Assembly (NCBI GenBank): GCA_043228905.1
Contig: JBHGNT010000018.1
Span: forward strand, 2,728,001-2,792,000
From: Azolla caroliniana
Lineage: Eukaryota > Plantae > Polypodiophyta
Reading direction: 5' to 3'
DNA: 64,000 bases
Position numbers and translations under genes: made by a program. Positions 34,590 through 48,900 of this stretch are shown here, piece after piece. How positions within the stretch are numbered: position 1 is the first letter of the stretch; every line of letters starts with the position of its first letter. The notes under the pieces were generated by a model, which searched no databases, was not told the DNA's origin, and saw only the letters and a program-made list of their open reading frames with translations.

Positions 34590-35900
34590 TTGGATATCCA
34601 ATTGGGGTGGAAGTTTCTCGTGTGAAACTTATTGAGTGGGTATCCAAAAGGTTGGAGGATAAGTTTATGTATTGGAGGTCTCAATTTTGGCCTTTTCATG
34701 TACGACTTAAGGTGGTCCAATCGATTAGGGTCTCTATGGTCTCTTATTATCTTCCTTTGATCCCATGGTCAAAGAAAGCTCTTGAAATGTTGTCACGCTC
34801 AATGAGAATGTTGTTAGGGAAAAGAAAAGGGAAAAGTGCCTTGTCATGGTTGGCATGGGATCATGTTTGTACTCCGAACTGTCTTGGTGGGGCATCAATA
34901 TTGAATCTATATGAGGATATGGTGGCTCGTCGATTTACTTTCATTCGATTCATGTTTGAAGGTGTACAACCTTGGACAAAAATGGTGGCATACTTTATAG
35001 AGAAGAACAGAATAAAACTTGGAAACATGAAGGTTGAAGCGAATTGGTGGAATGTAATTAATTCTGACAGGGATGTCAAATGTACAGGGTCTATGATAGT
35101 TAATCATTTGTTGACATCTTGGCAAAGTATGTTGGATTTTGTGGAATGGCATCCCCCACAAGACAGAGGATGTGCCAATTCATTACAAATGGAGGTTTTG
35201 GCAACATCAAGGTTGTTGAGGTGGGAAGGTAAACAAATTCTTAACCTCAATTTAATCGGATGGCTAGATTGGGTTTGGTAATAGTTAAGGATGCTATGTT
35301 GGTTTCACAAAGAAGATTAATGGCTTTTCGAACAATAAGATCAACATTTCGTATTCCAAAAGGTTATAACTTTATTTGGGATAAGTTGCAACAAATACTA
35401 TCTTCGCATGAGCCAATTCTTGATTTAGATGGGCGATCTCAAGAGCTTGATTGGAGGTTTGTTGGAAATAAGAGATTGACTATGATCTCAACGAATGTTG
35501 CTTATCACAAGTTCATTGATGTCAAACATAAGTGGTTGGCAGAAAGGGTTATAAAGATATGGGGTTTTCATAAGCCCATTACTTGGTGGTTTCATGTGAT
35601 CAAGGCAGGTTGGTGTTCTCGATTGATGCTTCGAGCCAAGGTATTTATTTGGAGAGTTATGGTTGGAGCTTTACCATTAGGGGATGCATTAAAAAAAAGA
35701 AACATTACTAAAGGATTGTGTTTCTTTTGTTCGGTGGAATTGGAACATAGTAAGCATCGATTTATTTCATGCCCGATGGCAAGGATGATTTGGAGGTGTA
35801 TCAATTTAGTGTGGATGTCTCTAACAGGAGTAAGTCTATCTTCCTTCAATTGGGTTTTTGCACATATGGAGAACAATGAACCGATGCCTCATTTTTGCAC
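34590..35900 (+). pseudogene. LINE (L1-like) ORF2 C-terminal fragment with zf-RVT
   Basis: LGYPIG..RLKVVQSI..LAWDHVCTP..LGG; CFFCSVELEHSKHRFISC..IW. Confidence 0.85.
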
Positions 35901-36650
35901 ATATGGGGAACAATGAACCGATTCCTTGTGTCAAGAAGAAAATCTGTCTCTACAAGTGGTAAAGACAAGTATATTGAACGAGGAGACAAGAAGGAAGGAG
36001 AAGGGAGTCCTGTCTCAGACGGAGGCAAATGTGGCACAATATTTTGGCAGAGGAAGAAGCAAGCAGAGGAGTCCACAAAAGAAAGACAAGTCTCATGCCA
36101 GGTCCAAGTCCAAAGGAAAGCTCACATGTTTTTATTGTGGAAAACATGGACACTTCCAAAAGGACTGTTGACACCTTAAGAAAGACAAAGGTGCTTGAAA
36201 TGATGTCAAACCCAAAAGTATCTTTGAGGAGAAGGGCACTTCAACCGTGGCTACAAGTGAAGAAGAATTTATGTTCAATTGTGAGCAAGCGAGTGCAAAC
36301 CTTGCAAATGCAGAGTGCACTTGGGTGATTGATTCCGGTGCATTGTTCCATATAACTCCCTCGAGAGAGTGCTTCTTGTCTAACACAGTCGGGGACTATG
36401 GCTATAGAAAAGATGGGAGATAATGGAGAATGGAAGATAGCTGGCATCAGAAGTGTATGCCTGACAACATTGACCAATTGTCGGTTGGTTCTTAGGGATG
36501 TTCGACATGTGCCCGATATCAGGCTGAATCTGATATCTACTGGAAGAATGGATGATAAAGGCTACAATGGTAGTTTTTGAAATCGCAAATGGAAGTTTTG
36601 CAAGGGAAGTTTCATAGTGGCTCGAGCACAAACATAGGGCACAATGTATG

Positions 36651-39600
36651 TGTTGGGAATCGACGCTTCGATTCACCTTCACCACTCGGCCACAACCGAG
36701 TAAGCGCGAATCAATGCAGCAGAAAATAGGAACCACAGAGAGAAACACACGAATGCACAGGGATTAACGTGGAAAACCCTATACGGGAAAAACCACGGGA
36801 GTACAAGACTCCAAACCAACACTATACAAAGAGAAGTATACAATGGCGAGCTGCAAGGCGACGACCTTGAGCTCGCTGTCCTCGCCACAGGCGGCGGAAA
36901 TACACAGAGGCGTCATCCTCTTCCTCTCCCACGCTCTATCTCTCTCTCTCTCTCACGGCTGCTCACTCTTCACTCCTCTTGAGTGGAAAAACAGAAAAAT
37001 GATAAAAAACAGTAAAACTGTTTGCCCTAAGTCATATTTATACATATATGACTTTGGGGCTATTTACAGCTATAGCCTCAGGGGCCCTTAGCAAAACGTA
37101 TTCACGGATATGTCCCTGCATCCGGATCTCTCTCCGGGTACATTCGTCATCCGGCTCCGAAGCCGGGGTCTTCATCATCTGGTTCCGAAACCGAAACCGG
37201 GCTTGTCGGCATTCAGTCCGACATCCGACTATCCCATCCGAAGGGACCGTAATCCCAACAAACTCCCCCTTCACTTCGGCATGGGATGTCTCTCCAATCC
37301 GATCCTCTTCCGGCATGCTTCCAGCTTGTCGGGTGTGAGCACCTTGGTCAGCATATCCGACCCGTTCTCGTCCGTGTGGATCTTTGTCAGCACGAACTCC
37401 TTGTCTTCTATCCTTTCCCGGATCCAGTGATATCTTCGCTGGATGTGCTTCGTCCGGGAGTGATAGGCCGCGTTCTTCGCAAGGTGGATTGCACTCTGAT
37501 TGTCGCAGTAGAGTCGGTACTCCTCCTGCCGGATACCGAGCTCTCTAATGAAGTCCTTCATCCATATTATTTCCTTGCCGGCTTCAACAGCCGCCATGTA
37601 CTCCGCCTCCGTGGTTGACAACGCAACCGTCTTCTACAGCCTCGACTACCACGAAACGGCTCCCCCTGCATAGGTCATCACATACCCGGATGTGGACCGA
37701 CTGGTATCTGCATCAGCTGACATATCCGAATCGGTAAAACCGGAGCCGAATCGGAGGCACACGTTTGCCGTGCCCTTCAGGTATCGGAGTATCCACTTGG
37801 CCGCGTTCCAATGCTCTTTGCCGGGATTGCTCATGTACCGGCTCACCACTCCGACTGCATATCCGATGTCCGGTCTCGTACACACCATGGTGTACATCAA
37901 GCTCCCGACGGCTGAGGCATACGGCACTTTCATCATATCCTCCTTTTCAGCCTTTGTCTTGGGACTTTGCTTGTTGGACAGCTTGCAGTTTGCCGGGAGG
38001 GTCGATCCGACCGGTCTTGCTTCCGACATGTTGAACCGTTTAAGCACCTTTGTCATGTACTTCTCCTGTGACAGCCACAACTGCTTCTTGCTCCGGTCCC
38101 GGATGATGTGCATCCCTAGTATTTGTCTCGCCGGACCCAAGTCCTTCATTGAGAAGGTTCGGTGAAGAGCCTTCTTCAACATCCGTATCTTGACCTGGTC
38201 CCGTCCGACGATCAACATGTCGTCCACGTACAGGAGGAGTATTAGAAAGTCTCCTCCTTCGAACTTCTTCACAAACACGCAGTGGTCGGACTGCGTTTTG
38301 AGGTACCCTTCGTCGGTCATGAAGGAGTCGAACTTCCGGTACCATTGCCGGGGAGCCTGCTTCAGTCCGTAAAGGCTCTTCTTCAACCGGCATACCAGGT
38401 GCTCCTTCCCTTTCTTCTCGAATCCTTCCGGTTGCTGCATGTAGATCTCTTCATCGAGGTCACCGTGAAGGAATGCCGTCTTCACGTCCATCTGTTCTAC
38501 CTCGAGGTCCATGCTTGCCGCTATGCTCAGCACCGTCCGGATGGAGGTCATCTTCACTACCGGGGCAAATATCTCGTCGAAGTCGACGCCCTTCTTCTGC
38601 TGAAACCCCTTCACCACGATCCTGCCTTTGTATCTCGGGGGGTTTCCGGCATCTCCCGGTTTCAGCTTGAACACCCACTTGTTTCGAAGTGCCCGCTTTC
38701 CTTTCGGCAACTCCACAAGTTCATATGTGTGGTTCTCATGCAGGGAATCCATCTCGTCCTGCATGGCACTCAACCACCTGCGGCTCTGGGTGTCGTGCTT
38801 TGCTTCTTCAAAGCTCTCCGGCTCCCCCTCGTCGGTTAGCAGCACGTGCTCTGGATCCGGAAATCTCCGGGGGGCCCTCCTCTCTCTTAGAGGATATCTC
38901 CGTTCGGGAGCTTCGGTAACCGGTTCTTCCGATTCTTCTTCTTCATCCGAATCCATTTCGGGATCGGGGCCGGTTCCGGTATCATTTTCATCTTCTTCGG
39001 CCGGTTCTGTTTCTTCACCGTCTTCGGCCGGATCCTCGAGTGCTAACCGGTCCCTTGCCGGTCGGGACTGCTCCTCATAAAGTTGATCCTCACCGGTAGA
39101 CTTGGAGCTCTTCATCTTCTTCTCCGACTCCCAGTCGGCGAGTGTCTTGTTCTCCATGAAGATGATATCACGACTCCGGAATATCTTCTTGTCAACCGGG
39201 TCCCATACTCGGTAGCCGAACTCGTCATCGCCGTAACCGAGGAATATGCATGGCCGGGTCTTTGGATCTAGCTTTCCTCTCCGGTCCTTTGCCACATGCA
39301 CGTATGCGAGACACCCGAACACCTTCAGATGCCGGTAGGACACTTCCTTACCGGTCCACACTTTCTGCGGCGTGTCTCCGTCCAAAGGTACTGAGGGTGA
39401 TCTGTTTATCACGTATGTCGCCGTCGACATTGCCTCAGCCCAAAACCCCTTGGGTAATTTCGCATGCGCCAGCATACTCCGGACCCTCTCCATTATGGTC
39501 CGGTTCATCCTCTCGGCCAGCCCGTTCAGTTCCGGCGTCTTCGGCACAGTAAACTCGAGTCGGATTCCCTTCGAGCGACAGTACTCCTGGAACTGCCCCC

Positions 39601-41969
39601 GGTATTCCCCTCCGTTATCCGCTCGTATCGCTTTCAGCTTCTTACCGGATTCCCTTTCCACTCTCGCGTGGAGTTCTTTGAAGACGCACAACACTTGGTC
39701 CTTTGTCTTCAACGGTGCCGTCCACAGCTTCCGGCTGTGATCATCAATGAATGTTACGAAGTACTGGGCTCCGCCATGTGACTTCGTTTCTACCTGACAC
39801 ACATCAGTGTGCACCAACTCCAATGGTGCGCTACGTCTCGTCGGTGGCCTTGAGTGGAAGGAGGTTCGGTTCTGCTTACCGGCCAGGCAATCGATGCACT
39901 TCTCCAGGTGCACATGCTTCACTGGAATAAGGTTGTCTTCTGCAAGCCTCTTCATCCCCTTCTCACTCATGTGGCACAGTCTCTTGTGCCACAGCTCACC
40001 GACAGTGTCGGCTGCCACGTTCAACTCTTCCGGACACAACCGGGCATTCATCAGGTACAATGTGTTGTCTTTCCGGGCCCGAGCCACTATCAGGCTCCCC
40101 TTGCTGAACTTCATTACGCCGTTCCGGATGCTACCTGTGTAGCCTTCATCGTCTAGCCTCCCGGCCGAAATCAAGTTCAATCGAACCTCCGGAACGTGTC
40201 GGACATCCTTCAGCAGCATTTTGCATCCGGTCGGGGTTGTCAACCACACGTCTCCGATGCCGGCAATCCGGCACGTACCTTCATTTCCCATCCGAACACA
40301 GCCATGCTCACCGGCTGTGTAGGATGAGAAGTATCTTCTCTCCGGGGTCAGGTGGAACGATGCTCCGGAATCGACCACCCAGGTCGTCTCATCGCCGGCA
40401 ATGTTTACTTCACTTTCTTCGGTGATGAGCATGATTTCTTCCTCACTTGCCGCGAGTGCCGTTGTTCCTTTCCGGTCCTGCCCTCGCCGATCCGAACCTC
40501 TCCGGTCCGCGGCTCCCCGGTATGCACCGTTTCTCTCCGGTGACTTCTTCGAATCGGTGTCGTCGGCTCCGTTGTCTTTTTGGTAATGCCGACAATTCTT
40601 TCGGAAGTGCCCCGGCTTCCCACAGTGGAAACATGTGGGCCTTCCTCTTGACTGCGACCGGGTCCCCGACTTCTCCCGTCTTTGCGGACTCCGGTTCCAT
40701 TGTCTTCCCCGATCCGATTCGGTAAGCAGCGCCTTCGAGTCGGACGCCGGTTCTTTATCTCTCCGACGCGCTTCTTCGTTCAAAATACTTGTCTTTACCG
40801 TTTGTAAGGACAAGTTATCTTCTGTGCAGGAGGTGCTGAGAGTCACCACCAAGTTCTCCCAGCTTTCCGGCAATGTACACATCAGGATGATGGCTTGCAT
40901 TGCATCCTCCAACGGGAACTTGATCGCCGCAAGCTGATTCACGAATCCCATGAACGTGCTTACGTGTTCCACCATACTCTCGCCGTCCCGGTACTTGAGA
41001 TTCACTATCTTCCTCATCAGGGAGGTCCGGTTCAACGCATTCTTCCTCTCGTAGAGGCCCGACAGCTTCCGCCACATCTCATATGCGTTGGTGTCGTTCG
41101 CCACATGTTGTAGAACGCTCACGTCGACGTATTGCCGAATGGTTGCAACGGCTTTCCGGTTCAGAAGCCTCCATTCCGACTCAAGTACCCCTTTCGGTAT
41201 TTCCGACCTGTCAATCGGTTCGTACAGGTCCCGAACAATCAGAAGATCCTCCATCTTGATCTTCCAGTCGGCGTAATTCTGCGCAGTCAGCACCATCATC
41301 CCCGGCTGCCCGTTGCCGCCGCCTTCCATTTTCTGCAGCAGCCCGCTCTGATACCAGTTTGTTGGGAATCGACGCTTCGATTCACCTTCACCACTCGGCC
41401 ACAACCGAGTAAGCGCGAATCAATGCAGCAGAAAATAGGAACCACAGAGAGAAACACACGAATGCACAGGGATTAACGTGGAAAACCCTATACGGGAAAA
41501 ACCACGGGAGTACAAGACTCCAAACCAACACTATACAAAGAGAAGTATACAATGGCGAGCTGCAAAGCGACGACCTTGAGCTCGCTGTCCTCGCCACAGG
41601 CGGCGGAAATACACAGAGGCGTCGTCCTCTTCCTCTCCCACGCTCTATCTCTCTCTCTCTCTCACGGCTGCTCACTCTTCACTCCTCTTGAGTGGAAAAA
41701 CAGAAAAATGATAAAAAACAGTAAAACTGTTTGCCCTAAGTCATATTTATACATATATGACTTTGGGGCTATTTACAGCTATAGCCTCAGGGGCCCTTAG
41801 CAAAACGTATTCACGGATATGTCCCTGCATCTGGATCTCTCTCCGGGTACATTCGTCATCCGGCTCCGAAGCCGGGGTCTTCATCATCTGGTTCCGAAAC
41901 CGAAACCGGGCTTGTCGGCATTCAGTCCGACATCCGACTATCCCATCCGAAGGGACCGTAATCCCAACA
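36651..41969 (-). mobile_element. Element I: full-length Tnt1/Tork-like Copia
   Basis: 610-bp LTRs 36651-37260 and 41360-41969 (~3 differences); TSD GTATG; PBS Met-i 41345-41356; PPT at 37261-37271. Confidence 0.97.
37271..41329 (-). pseudogene. pol: I gag-PR-INT-RT-RH polyprotein with a nonsense codon (37646-37648) and a 6-codon deletion in RNase H
   Basis: Compared with K: VSW* versus VSWQ, and FGSGFTDSD versus FGSGKPELDGFTDSD. Confidence 0.93.
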
Positions 41970-43721
41970 GTATGTGATGCATGCCAAGATGTGTAAGGAT
42001 GAAACAAATGTGGCAGCCGACTCAAGTGGAGATCTATGGCATAAGAGGTCACATGAGTGAGAGAGGCATGCACATCCTGGGCGACTAAAAACTTCTTCCA
42101 GAAGTAAAACGAGTGTAGTTAGAGAGATGTGTCAATTGTCTGGTCGGAAAGCAAAAACAGAGTTGCATTACACTCAAGACCATCAAGGAGAAGAGAAGTT
42201 GCACGGGAACTAGTACACACAAACGTGTGCTACGTGGATGCTCCATCGCATCATGGTGGACAATACTTTATAACATTCATTGATGATTACAATCGAAAGT
42301 TGTGGGTTTTCGTACTTTAAAAGTCGAAGGATCAAGTATTGTCATTCTTCAATGAGTTCCAGGCCAAAGCTGAAAGAGAGTCGGGTCGAAAACTGAAGGT
42401 TGTTCAAACCGACAATAGTGGTGAGTACAAAGGACAGTTCGTAGAGTACTGCAAGTCCCAAGGTATTCGACTCGAATATGCCCAAGACCCCTAAGCTGAA
42501 TTGGCTTGTAAAGAGGATGAATCAAACTATCATGGAAAGAGTGAGGATCATGTTGTCGCATGCAAAGCTTCCAAAATCGTATTGGGTTGCGACAATGTAC
42601 ACGGTTGTTTATCTGATCAACAAGTCTCCCTTTGTTGCCCTAAAAAGTGATGGCCCATAGAGGGTGTGAACAGGTAAAGATGTCTCCTAGCACCACTTGA
42701 AGGTGTTCAGATGTCTGGCATATATGCATGTAGCAAAGGTTCAGAGGTTGAAGCTCAATAGCAAGTTGAAACCATGCATATTCCTGGGATACTCAGAGGA
42801 TGAATTCGACTACAAGCTGTGGGACTTACTTGACAAGAAGGTGGTGAGGAGTCAGGACATCATGTTATTAGAAGACAAGACAATCGAGGACTGGAAATAG
42901 CAGAAGTCGAAACTGACTCCCACTTCTACGAACTCAGGACTAGTCGACTCAACACAAGCAATTGTTAGGAGACAGCCAGTCGGAACAGCCGAATCCGAGA
43001 TGGTCGACTCGGAGCAGCCGACTAATACATATGAGTCAAAGTCAAATGATCTACATATTAAGGCATTTGATACATACGAATCGGAGTCGGTTGATTTTCA
43101 ACAACCGATCAACATCTATGAACCCGGGCCGAATGAAGAGTCGACAAACAGATCCGAACATGAGCTGACAAATGGGAAGTGGAAGATATCAACTTAGGCA
43201 AAGGAGGGCACCCTCACAATATGCCAGTCAATATGTTCTATTGACTGATGAAGATGAGCCAGAGTGCTACGAGGAGGCCATGGAAGATAAACGCAAGGAG
43301 AAATGGCAAAGTGCAATGCAAGATGAGATGGACTCTTTGCATGCAAATTACACATATGACTTGGTGAAACTATCAAAAGGTTAGAGAGCCCTGAGAAACA
43401 AATAGTTCTTCAAGCTGAAGAATCAGGAAGATGGTAGCTCACCCAGATACAAGGCCCGAAATATAGTAAAGGGGTTCTAGTAGAAGAAAGGGGTAGATTT
43501 TTATGAGATCTTCCCACCAGTCATAAAGATGACATCCATTCATATAGTGTTGGGTATTGCTGCCAGTATGAATATGGAGATAGTGCAGTTGGATTTCAAG
43601 ACACCATTCTTGCATGGGGAATTAGATGAAGAGATCTACATGCAACAGCCCGAAGGCTTTGTGGAGAAAGGAAAAGAGAACCTAGTGTGTCGACTAAGGT
43701 AAAGCTTGTATGGTCTGAAAC

Positions 43722-44665
43722 CTAGGAGAATCAGATCTGATATGGGAATGCCCAGATCCTTCAATATCCATTTTAGCCAAACGGCTTCACAAGTGGAAAT
43801 TGTCGCGCCCCTGTATTTAGCCTCTATGCTCAACAGTGCAAATGTCGGTTGTTGTTTGATGCTCCAGGATATGGCTCCACTTCCGAGGGAGAAGATGAAC
43901 CCTGAGCTTGATCGTCTATTGACTTTGTAGTTGGCCCAATCAACATATGTGTACCCTTCGAGTTGTATCGGTGTGGTCGATTTGTAGAAGATGCCGAAAT
44001 CCATGGTTCCACTCACATACCTAGTTTGCATGAACTGACTAAGGAGGCCAACTGGGTAACTCAGGTCGGATCGGGTAATTGTGAGGTAGATGAGGCTTTT
44101 GACTAGTTGACGATAGAGCGTCGGCTCACACTCTCTTGTGCTTGAGTCGGCATCTAGCTATAGGTTGCGATCAAGAGGGGTGGTGTTGGGCTAACACTGT
44201 ATCATCCCAAACTTGTAGAGAGGATTGAGGATATAATGCTTTTGAGAAAGCATGATGCCATCAGGAGTCTGAATTACTTCTATTCCTATAAAGGAATGGA
44301 GCTCGTTCATGTCTTTCATTTCGAATCGGTTGGAGAGGAGCATCTTGATCTGCTCAATGTCTGCTAACTACTCTCCTCCTATGACCAAGTCATCCACATA
44401 AATGATGATAAATACATGTCCTCTGGAGTCGCTCTAGATGAACAGAGAGTTTTCAAAGTTGGACATGTTGAAACTGATTTGATGAAGATGCTAGGTTATC
44501 TTCTAATGTCATTCTCTCGATGCCTGCTTGAGGCCATAGAGAGCCTTGGACATACCGCTTGCGGGTGTGTGCTCGACTTGAAGCCTGGTGATTGTACCAT
44601 GTACACCTCCTCATCTAATTCACTTTGGAGAAAGACATTCTTCAAATCCATTTGCTGGAGGTATC
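43722..44665 (-). pseudogene. pol: Copia RT/RNase H fragment M of a different family
   Basis: YVDDL (minus, ~44390-44405), LIYLTITRSDLSY, RRSSSGFIFSLGSGAISW. Confidence 0.8.
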
Positions 44666-45395
44666 TGTTGGGAAACCAGTCCCTCCAGATGTGATCCAGA
44701 TGAGAACTAGACGAGCCGGATCGAACAAGTCGAAGGAACCGGACCGGATGGATCCGAAAGGTATCCGGCCGGACATATTAGTAAATATGTTTTGATGTGA
44801 CTGTTCAGCACCCTAAGTTATATAAGTATAAATATAACTAGGGCAACATTGTTGTATAAGGTTGTTGTATGTGTTGTACAGAGAGAGAGACAGAGAGTGA
44901 GGAGAGAGATACAGAACTTGTATCTGTTGTAACCACCGGTTGATGAAGGTAGAGCTCAAGGTCGTTACCTTGGAGTCTCCCATTGTACCCTTCCTCTTTC
45001 TAGTGGTATAGATTGGAGTTTGTGGGCTCCCGTGGTTTTTCCCGATTAGGGTTTTCCACGTAAACATCCGGTGTCATTTTCATTTATCTGCTAGTGCATT
45101 AGTTTCTATTCCGTTTCTTCCATTGAGTATTTGAATCTCGGTTGTGGCCGAAGAAGATTCTTAACAAAGTGGTATCAAAGCTTGTGTTCTAAGCTTCAAA
45201 CAAAGAAAGAGAATGGAAGAGTCATTTGGTGGCATGTTCAAGCTCACCGGCTCCAACTCTGCAGTGTGGAAGTCGAAGATGAGAGACATGCTAGTGGTCA
45301 AAGATCTCTGCCTGTCGATACAGTTTGGAGACAAAAGACTAGACAAGATTGATGTCGCGACCTAGGAAGTAATGCATACGAAGACAACGACATAC
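44666..45395 (+). mobile_element. Copia N: 5' LTR 44666-45166, PBS TGGTATCAAAGC, gag start at 45213; cut by G
   Basis: TGTTGG..TTAACA; GGGTTTTCCACGTAAA motif shared with I/K/E LTRs; MEESFGGMFKLTGSNSAVWKSKMRDML. Confidence 0.8.
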
Positions 45396-45854
45396 TGTTA
45401 CCCGTTCCTTTGGGTGAACACCTTCGATAGATCTGCGTCTATTGGTCTTCAAGGGCGTGGTACGTGAAGGCTCGTAACAGAGGCGTCGAGAGAGATACAG
45501 GGCTCAGAAAGAAAACACTAGCGAGGTCTTGATAGAAGTGGCGGCGTAAAACTCATAGGTATGGATCAAAGCACAGACTCATGCAACAAAAATAGGCACA
45601 AATCAGATATATTACTATGACAGAAAAGATTACAGAACACGGCCTATGGTCGGTGACCTTACGAGTTGATCTAATTACGAATGACTAAGCTAGTGCTTCC
45701 GCCTCTAGTTTTTCTTCTCTCCCTTTCTGAGGTATTGTTCCTCGTTTAAATAACCTTTCCCCTAATACACCGTCGAGCCGTCGGTGGCCCGTGATACTCG
45801 GACTCGGCGTTTGCTAATTTCCTAATTTTACATTTCTGTCCCCTGGACAGCACC

Positions 45855-45871
45855 TGGCATGCCTGTGGGAT
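45855..45871 (-). promoter_or_regulatory. tRNA-3'-end-like motif ATCCCACAGGCATGCCA in place of a PPT (G)
   Basis: Minus strand reads ..GCATGCCA-GG-TGCTGTCC (inferred LTR start). Confidence 0.75.
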
Positions 45872-45952
45872 AGGACCTTGTCCGTCGGACCCACGACTTA
45901 CAAAATACTAACAATATTACAAAACAATTGCCTTTTAGGCGTGATCCTCGTT

Positions 45953-48900
45953 TCATTCCTCCTTTAAGATGTCGAGGATGCTTTCGGGGTCCGGGGTGAT
46001 GGCAGGGTGGTCTGGTTGGACTGTCGGTGCAGGGGGTGAAGTTTGGTCCGGGGGTGGCATATCTTCTCGGACGTCCGCCTCAGGTGCGGCCGATTCTTCT
46101 GGTGGGGGTGTGGGTTCGTGGGTGCTGACCTCTACTTAGACAGGCTCTGGTACCGTGTAGGCGTCCATGGAATGTCTGTTGGCCGGGGCAAGTTCCTCCT
46201 GTGTCGTGTCCGTGATCTCCTTGCTGGGAGATTCTTCTTTCTGCTCCGTGGCCGTTGGAGGGCTGGTGGGGATGGCTGCGAGGCGTTCTCAATCGAAGGC
46301 TTCGGCTTCCAGGCGAAACAGCATCTGACCGTCATTGAAGTTCTCCATTATTTGCTCGATTGCCGTGGTGTGAGATTTTGCGAAGGATTGGTAATCCTCG
46401 GTTAAATCTACACGCAAGTTTTGTATGCTGGATTCATCCATTTTGAAGAAACCACGGCCCTCCTTCTGTCGGTTCTCGGCGTCGGCGTGTAAAATATGCA
46501 ATTCGGCAGCTTGGGCTGCCCATTCGTCTCCTGCGTGACTTAATGTTTCCTCGACCTTTTTGGTAAGGTGCTGGCGCTGTTTCTCGATCAGTATTCTGAT
46601 GCGTGTCTCATCCATGCCGGGCTATGCTCGGATGGCTACTAATTCCTGTTTTAAGCCATCGACCTCAGCCTGAATCTTCTGTGTTCTGAGCTCATAGATG
46701 GCCTGAGTGTTCTTTGCATCCGCGGTTACGAGCTGGAGAGCCTGCTCGTAACGCTTGGTGAGTTCTTCGGTGGCCTGCTCCCGTTCTCTCTGACACGTGG
46801 CCCGGATTTGTTCCTGTTCGACGATTCTCTCTTCTTGTAGGGCGAAGTAGGAATCCGATAAGGCGTCTGTTTGCTCCGAAAGTAGCTTGCATTTGATGAA
46901 AAACTCGTCAACCATCTCTTTAAGGGTCGTACGTTGACTCTGCAGCTCGACATTCTCCACGTTCATCCTCTCCTCCCGTTGGCGATTTCTTTCCTCCTGC
47001 TGCTGGTTCCAGTCTTTTGCATTGTCGAGCGCGGCCTGTAGGTCTAGAACCTCCTTCTCTTTCTTCACCACTATGGTTGCGTATTCCTCCAGCTTGCTTT
47101 TGAGTTCGGCTTCCTTGCCCGCGGCTTGCGCTTGTACCCGGCCCAGTGCTTCGTTCTGCTCGTGTATCCTTTGGTCGGCATGGGCTCTTATCTCGGCCAT
47201 CTGCTTGGAAGCTTCTTCTTTTAGGCGAGCCATCGCCTCTTGATGCCGTTGTTCGTGTCTCTCGGTTCGCCGTTGTTCTTCTTTAAGCTCCGCACGGTAA
47301 TCCCGGAGCGGGGGTTCTGTCTGGGTTGCCACCTCCTTGGGTGCACGAGGTGGTGGTATCTCGGTCTTCTCCGTAGGCGTGGGCGCCTCGGTTGTTGTGC
47401 AGGCATCGACCATTTGTAACGAGTCCGTTTGTGTACTGTCCTGCACCTTCAGGATTGAGTCGGTGATGGTGCTTGCATCCATCATTGTTATGCGTGGAGG
47501 CGCTGGGAGGGCCTCGGTGGTCATTACCGGAAGGCTCGGGAGTTGTTGTTCCGGCCGGTTTTGCTCCCAGGCTGCAACCTTCTGGTTCGCAGCGTGCCAT
47601 AGTTCTGTAGCCATCTTAGCCTATTTTTGGGCTATTTTTATCTTTCTGGCCATGTCTTTGGCTGCCCGCGTAGTGCGATCCAGGTCCCGATATGCCTCGA
47701 TAAGGGCCGTGTTCAACTCGGGGACCTCCATGAAAGAGCGGCCTGTTTTGCCTACTTCTTCCTCCCGATTTTTTGTAAAGCCCTGTCCTCCTGGGGCTCA
47801 ATTTCACCTATTAGCACGCGTTGAATCATTTTTGTTTCGGCGTGCTCTTCCGCCATTCAAGCGGCTGCCGCGACTTGGGCTCTAGCAAGGAAATCGACCA
47901 TCTCGAATGACGTACCGAGGCGTAGGAGCGCACTAAATTCGTAAGCCTCCGCGGGGAGGTCCTTATACCCGAGGACTTCATCCTCCGAGATCTGTGTTGT
48001 CTACCCATGCTCGATCGTTCCCTGGTTCAGCGATGCCTCCGCAGGGGTGATGGCCAGGTTGCTCTATCTGACCACTAAGCCTTGCTCCTGTTATGCCTCC
48101 TTCTGTTCTTCCGAGGACTCCCGGTTGAGTCGTCTTCTCTTGCTTGGCTGTGTTTGGGGTTCCGGGGCCGGTAGTGTCGTTTCCTCCGCCTGCTTCCTTT
48201 TCTAGGGTCGTGGTGGTGCAGCCTGCTGTGTGTTGGGGCGTGGGCTAGGTCCTGGGGACGTTACCGAGGGGCGCGACGTTGGTTGTCGAATGGTGACGTC
48301 ATCAGCCGTGTTGTCTTCCGCGGCTACCTCCTCCTCCCATTCTTGGCAGGTCTCGGAAACTACCCGTTTTTGTTGGGGTTGGGCGGGTGGTGGTGCAGAT
48401 GCAGTTTTTTGGTCGGCGGCAGGGGGTGAAGGCGATGTGGGCTCCTCCCATGCTTCGTGGCTGATGGCCACAAATTTCTCTCTCTGCCTTCGTGGTGGTG
48501 GTGGGGACATGAGTGTGCAAGGGGAAGGAAGCGAAGAGGGTGGGTATAGAACCATCAAAAAGTGGGTAAGAACAGACAACATCTTCTTACCGGACTGAAA
48601 TGAAGCTAAGGCGGCGCGGAGTCCCTCGCCTGTGATGATTCCCCAATCGATTCTGTTTCCTTCATACGTGCTGATGATGATGGTTGCCTTGTTCTGCGGC
48701 ATGCTCGTGGGTTCGTATGCACGAACGCATACTCCATCAATATACGAGCAATCTCCCCGAAAGCTTTGTTGGGACCGCCATATGTGCGATATGGCTTCCC
48801 TGAGGCTGAGTATTCACCGAAGTACGCCTTCATCTTTGATGCCGGGGGTATGTCGACCTCATGGTCCCCTCCCCGTTGCAGATCCAAAACAGCCCGAAGC

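Larger units (their letters stand above)
35920..43721 (+). mobile_element. Degraded Tork-like Copia J (gag end to RT), split by element I; both ends truncated
   Basis: CFYCGKHGHFQKDC, WVIDSGA, LVHTNVC, EPECYEEA, LYGLK; continuous across TSD GTATG. Confidence 0.85.

Noticed and set aside
37692-41276. Many plus-strand ORFs conserved between Copia I and K
   Set aside because: Antisense shadows of a GC-rich pol; conservation follows from DNA identity
37646-41404. N-terminal extension MWPSGEG.. of the Copia ORFs (also 63672 in K)
   Set aside because: Starts at a non-ATG codon inside the LTR/PBS; the real start is the ATG of MEGGG
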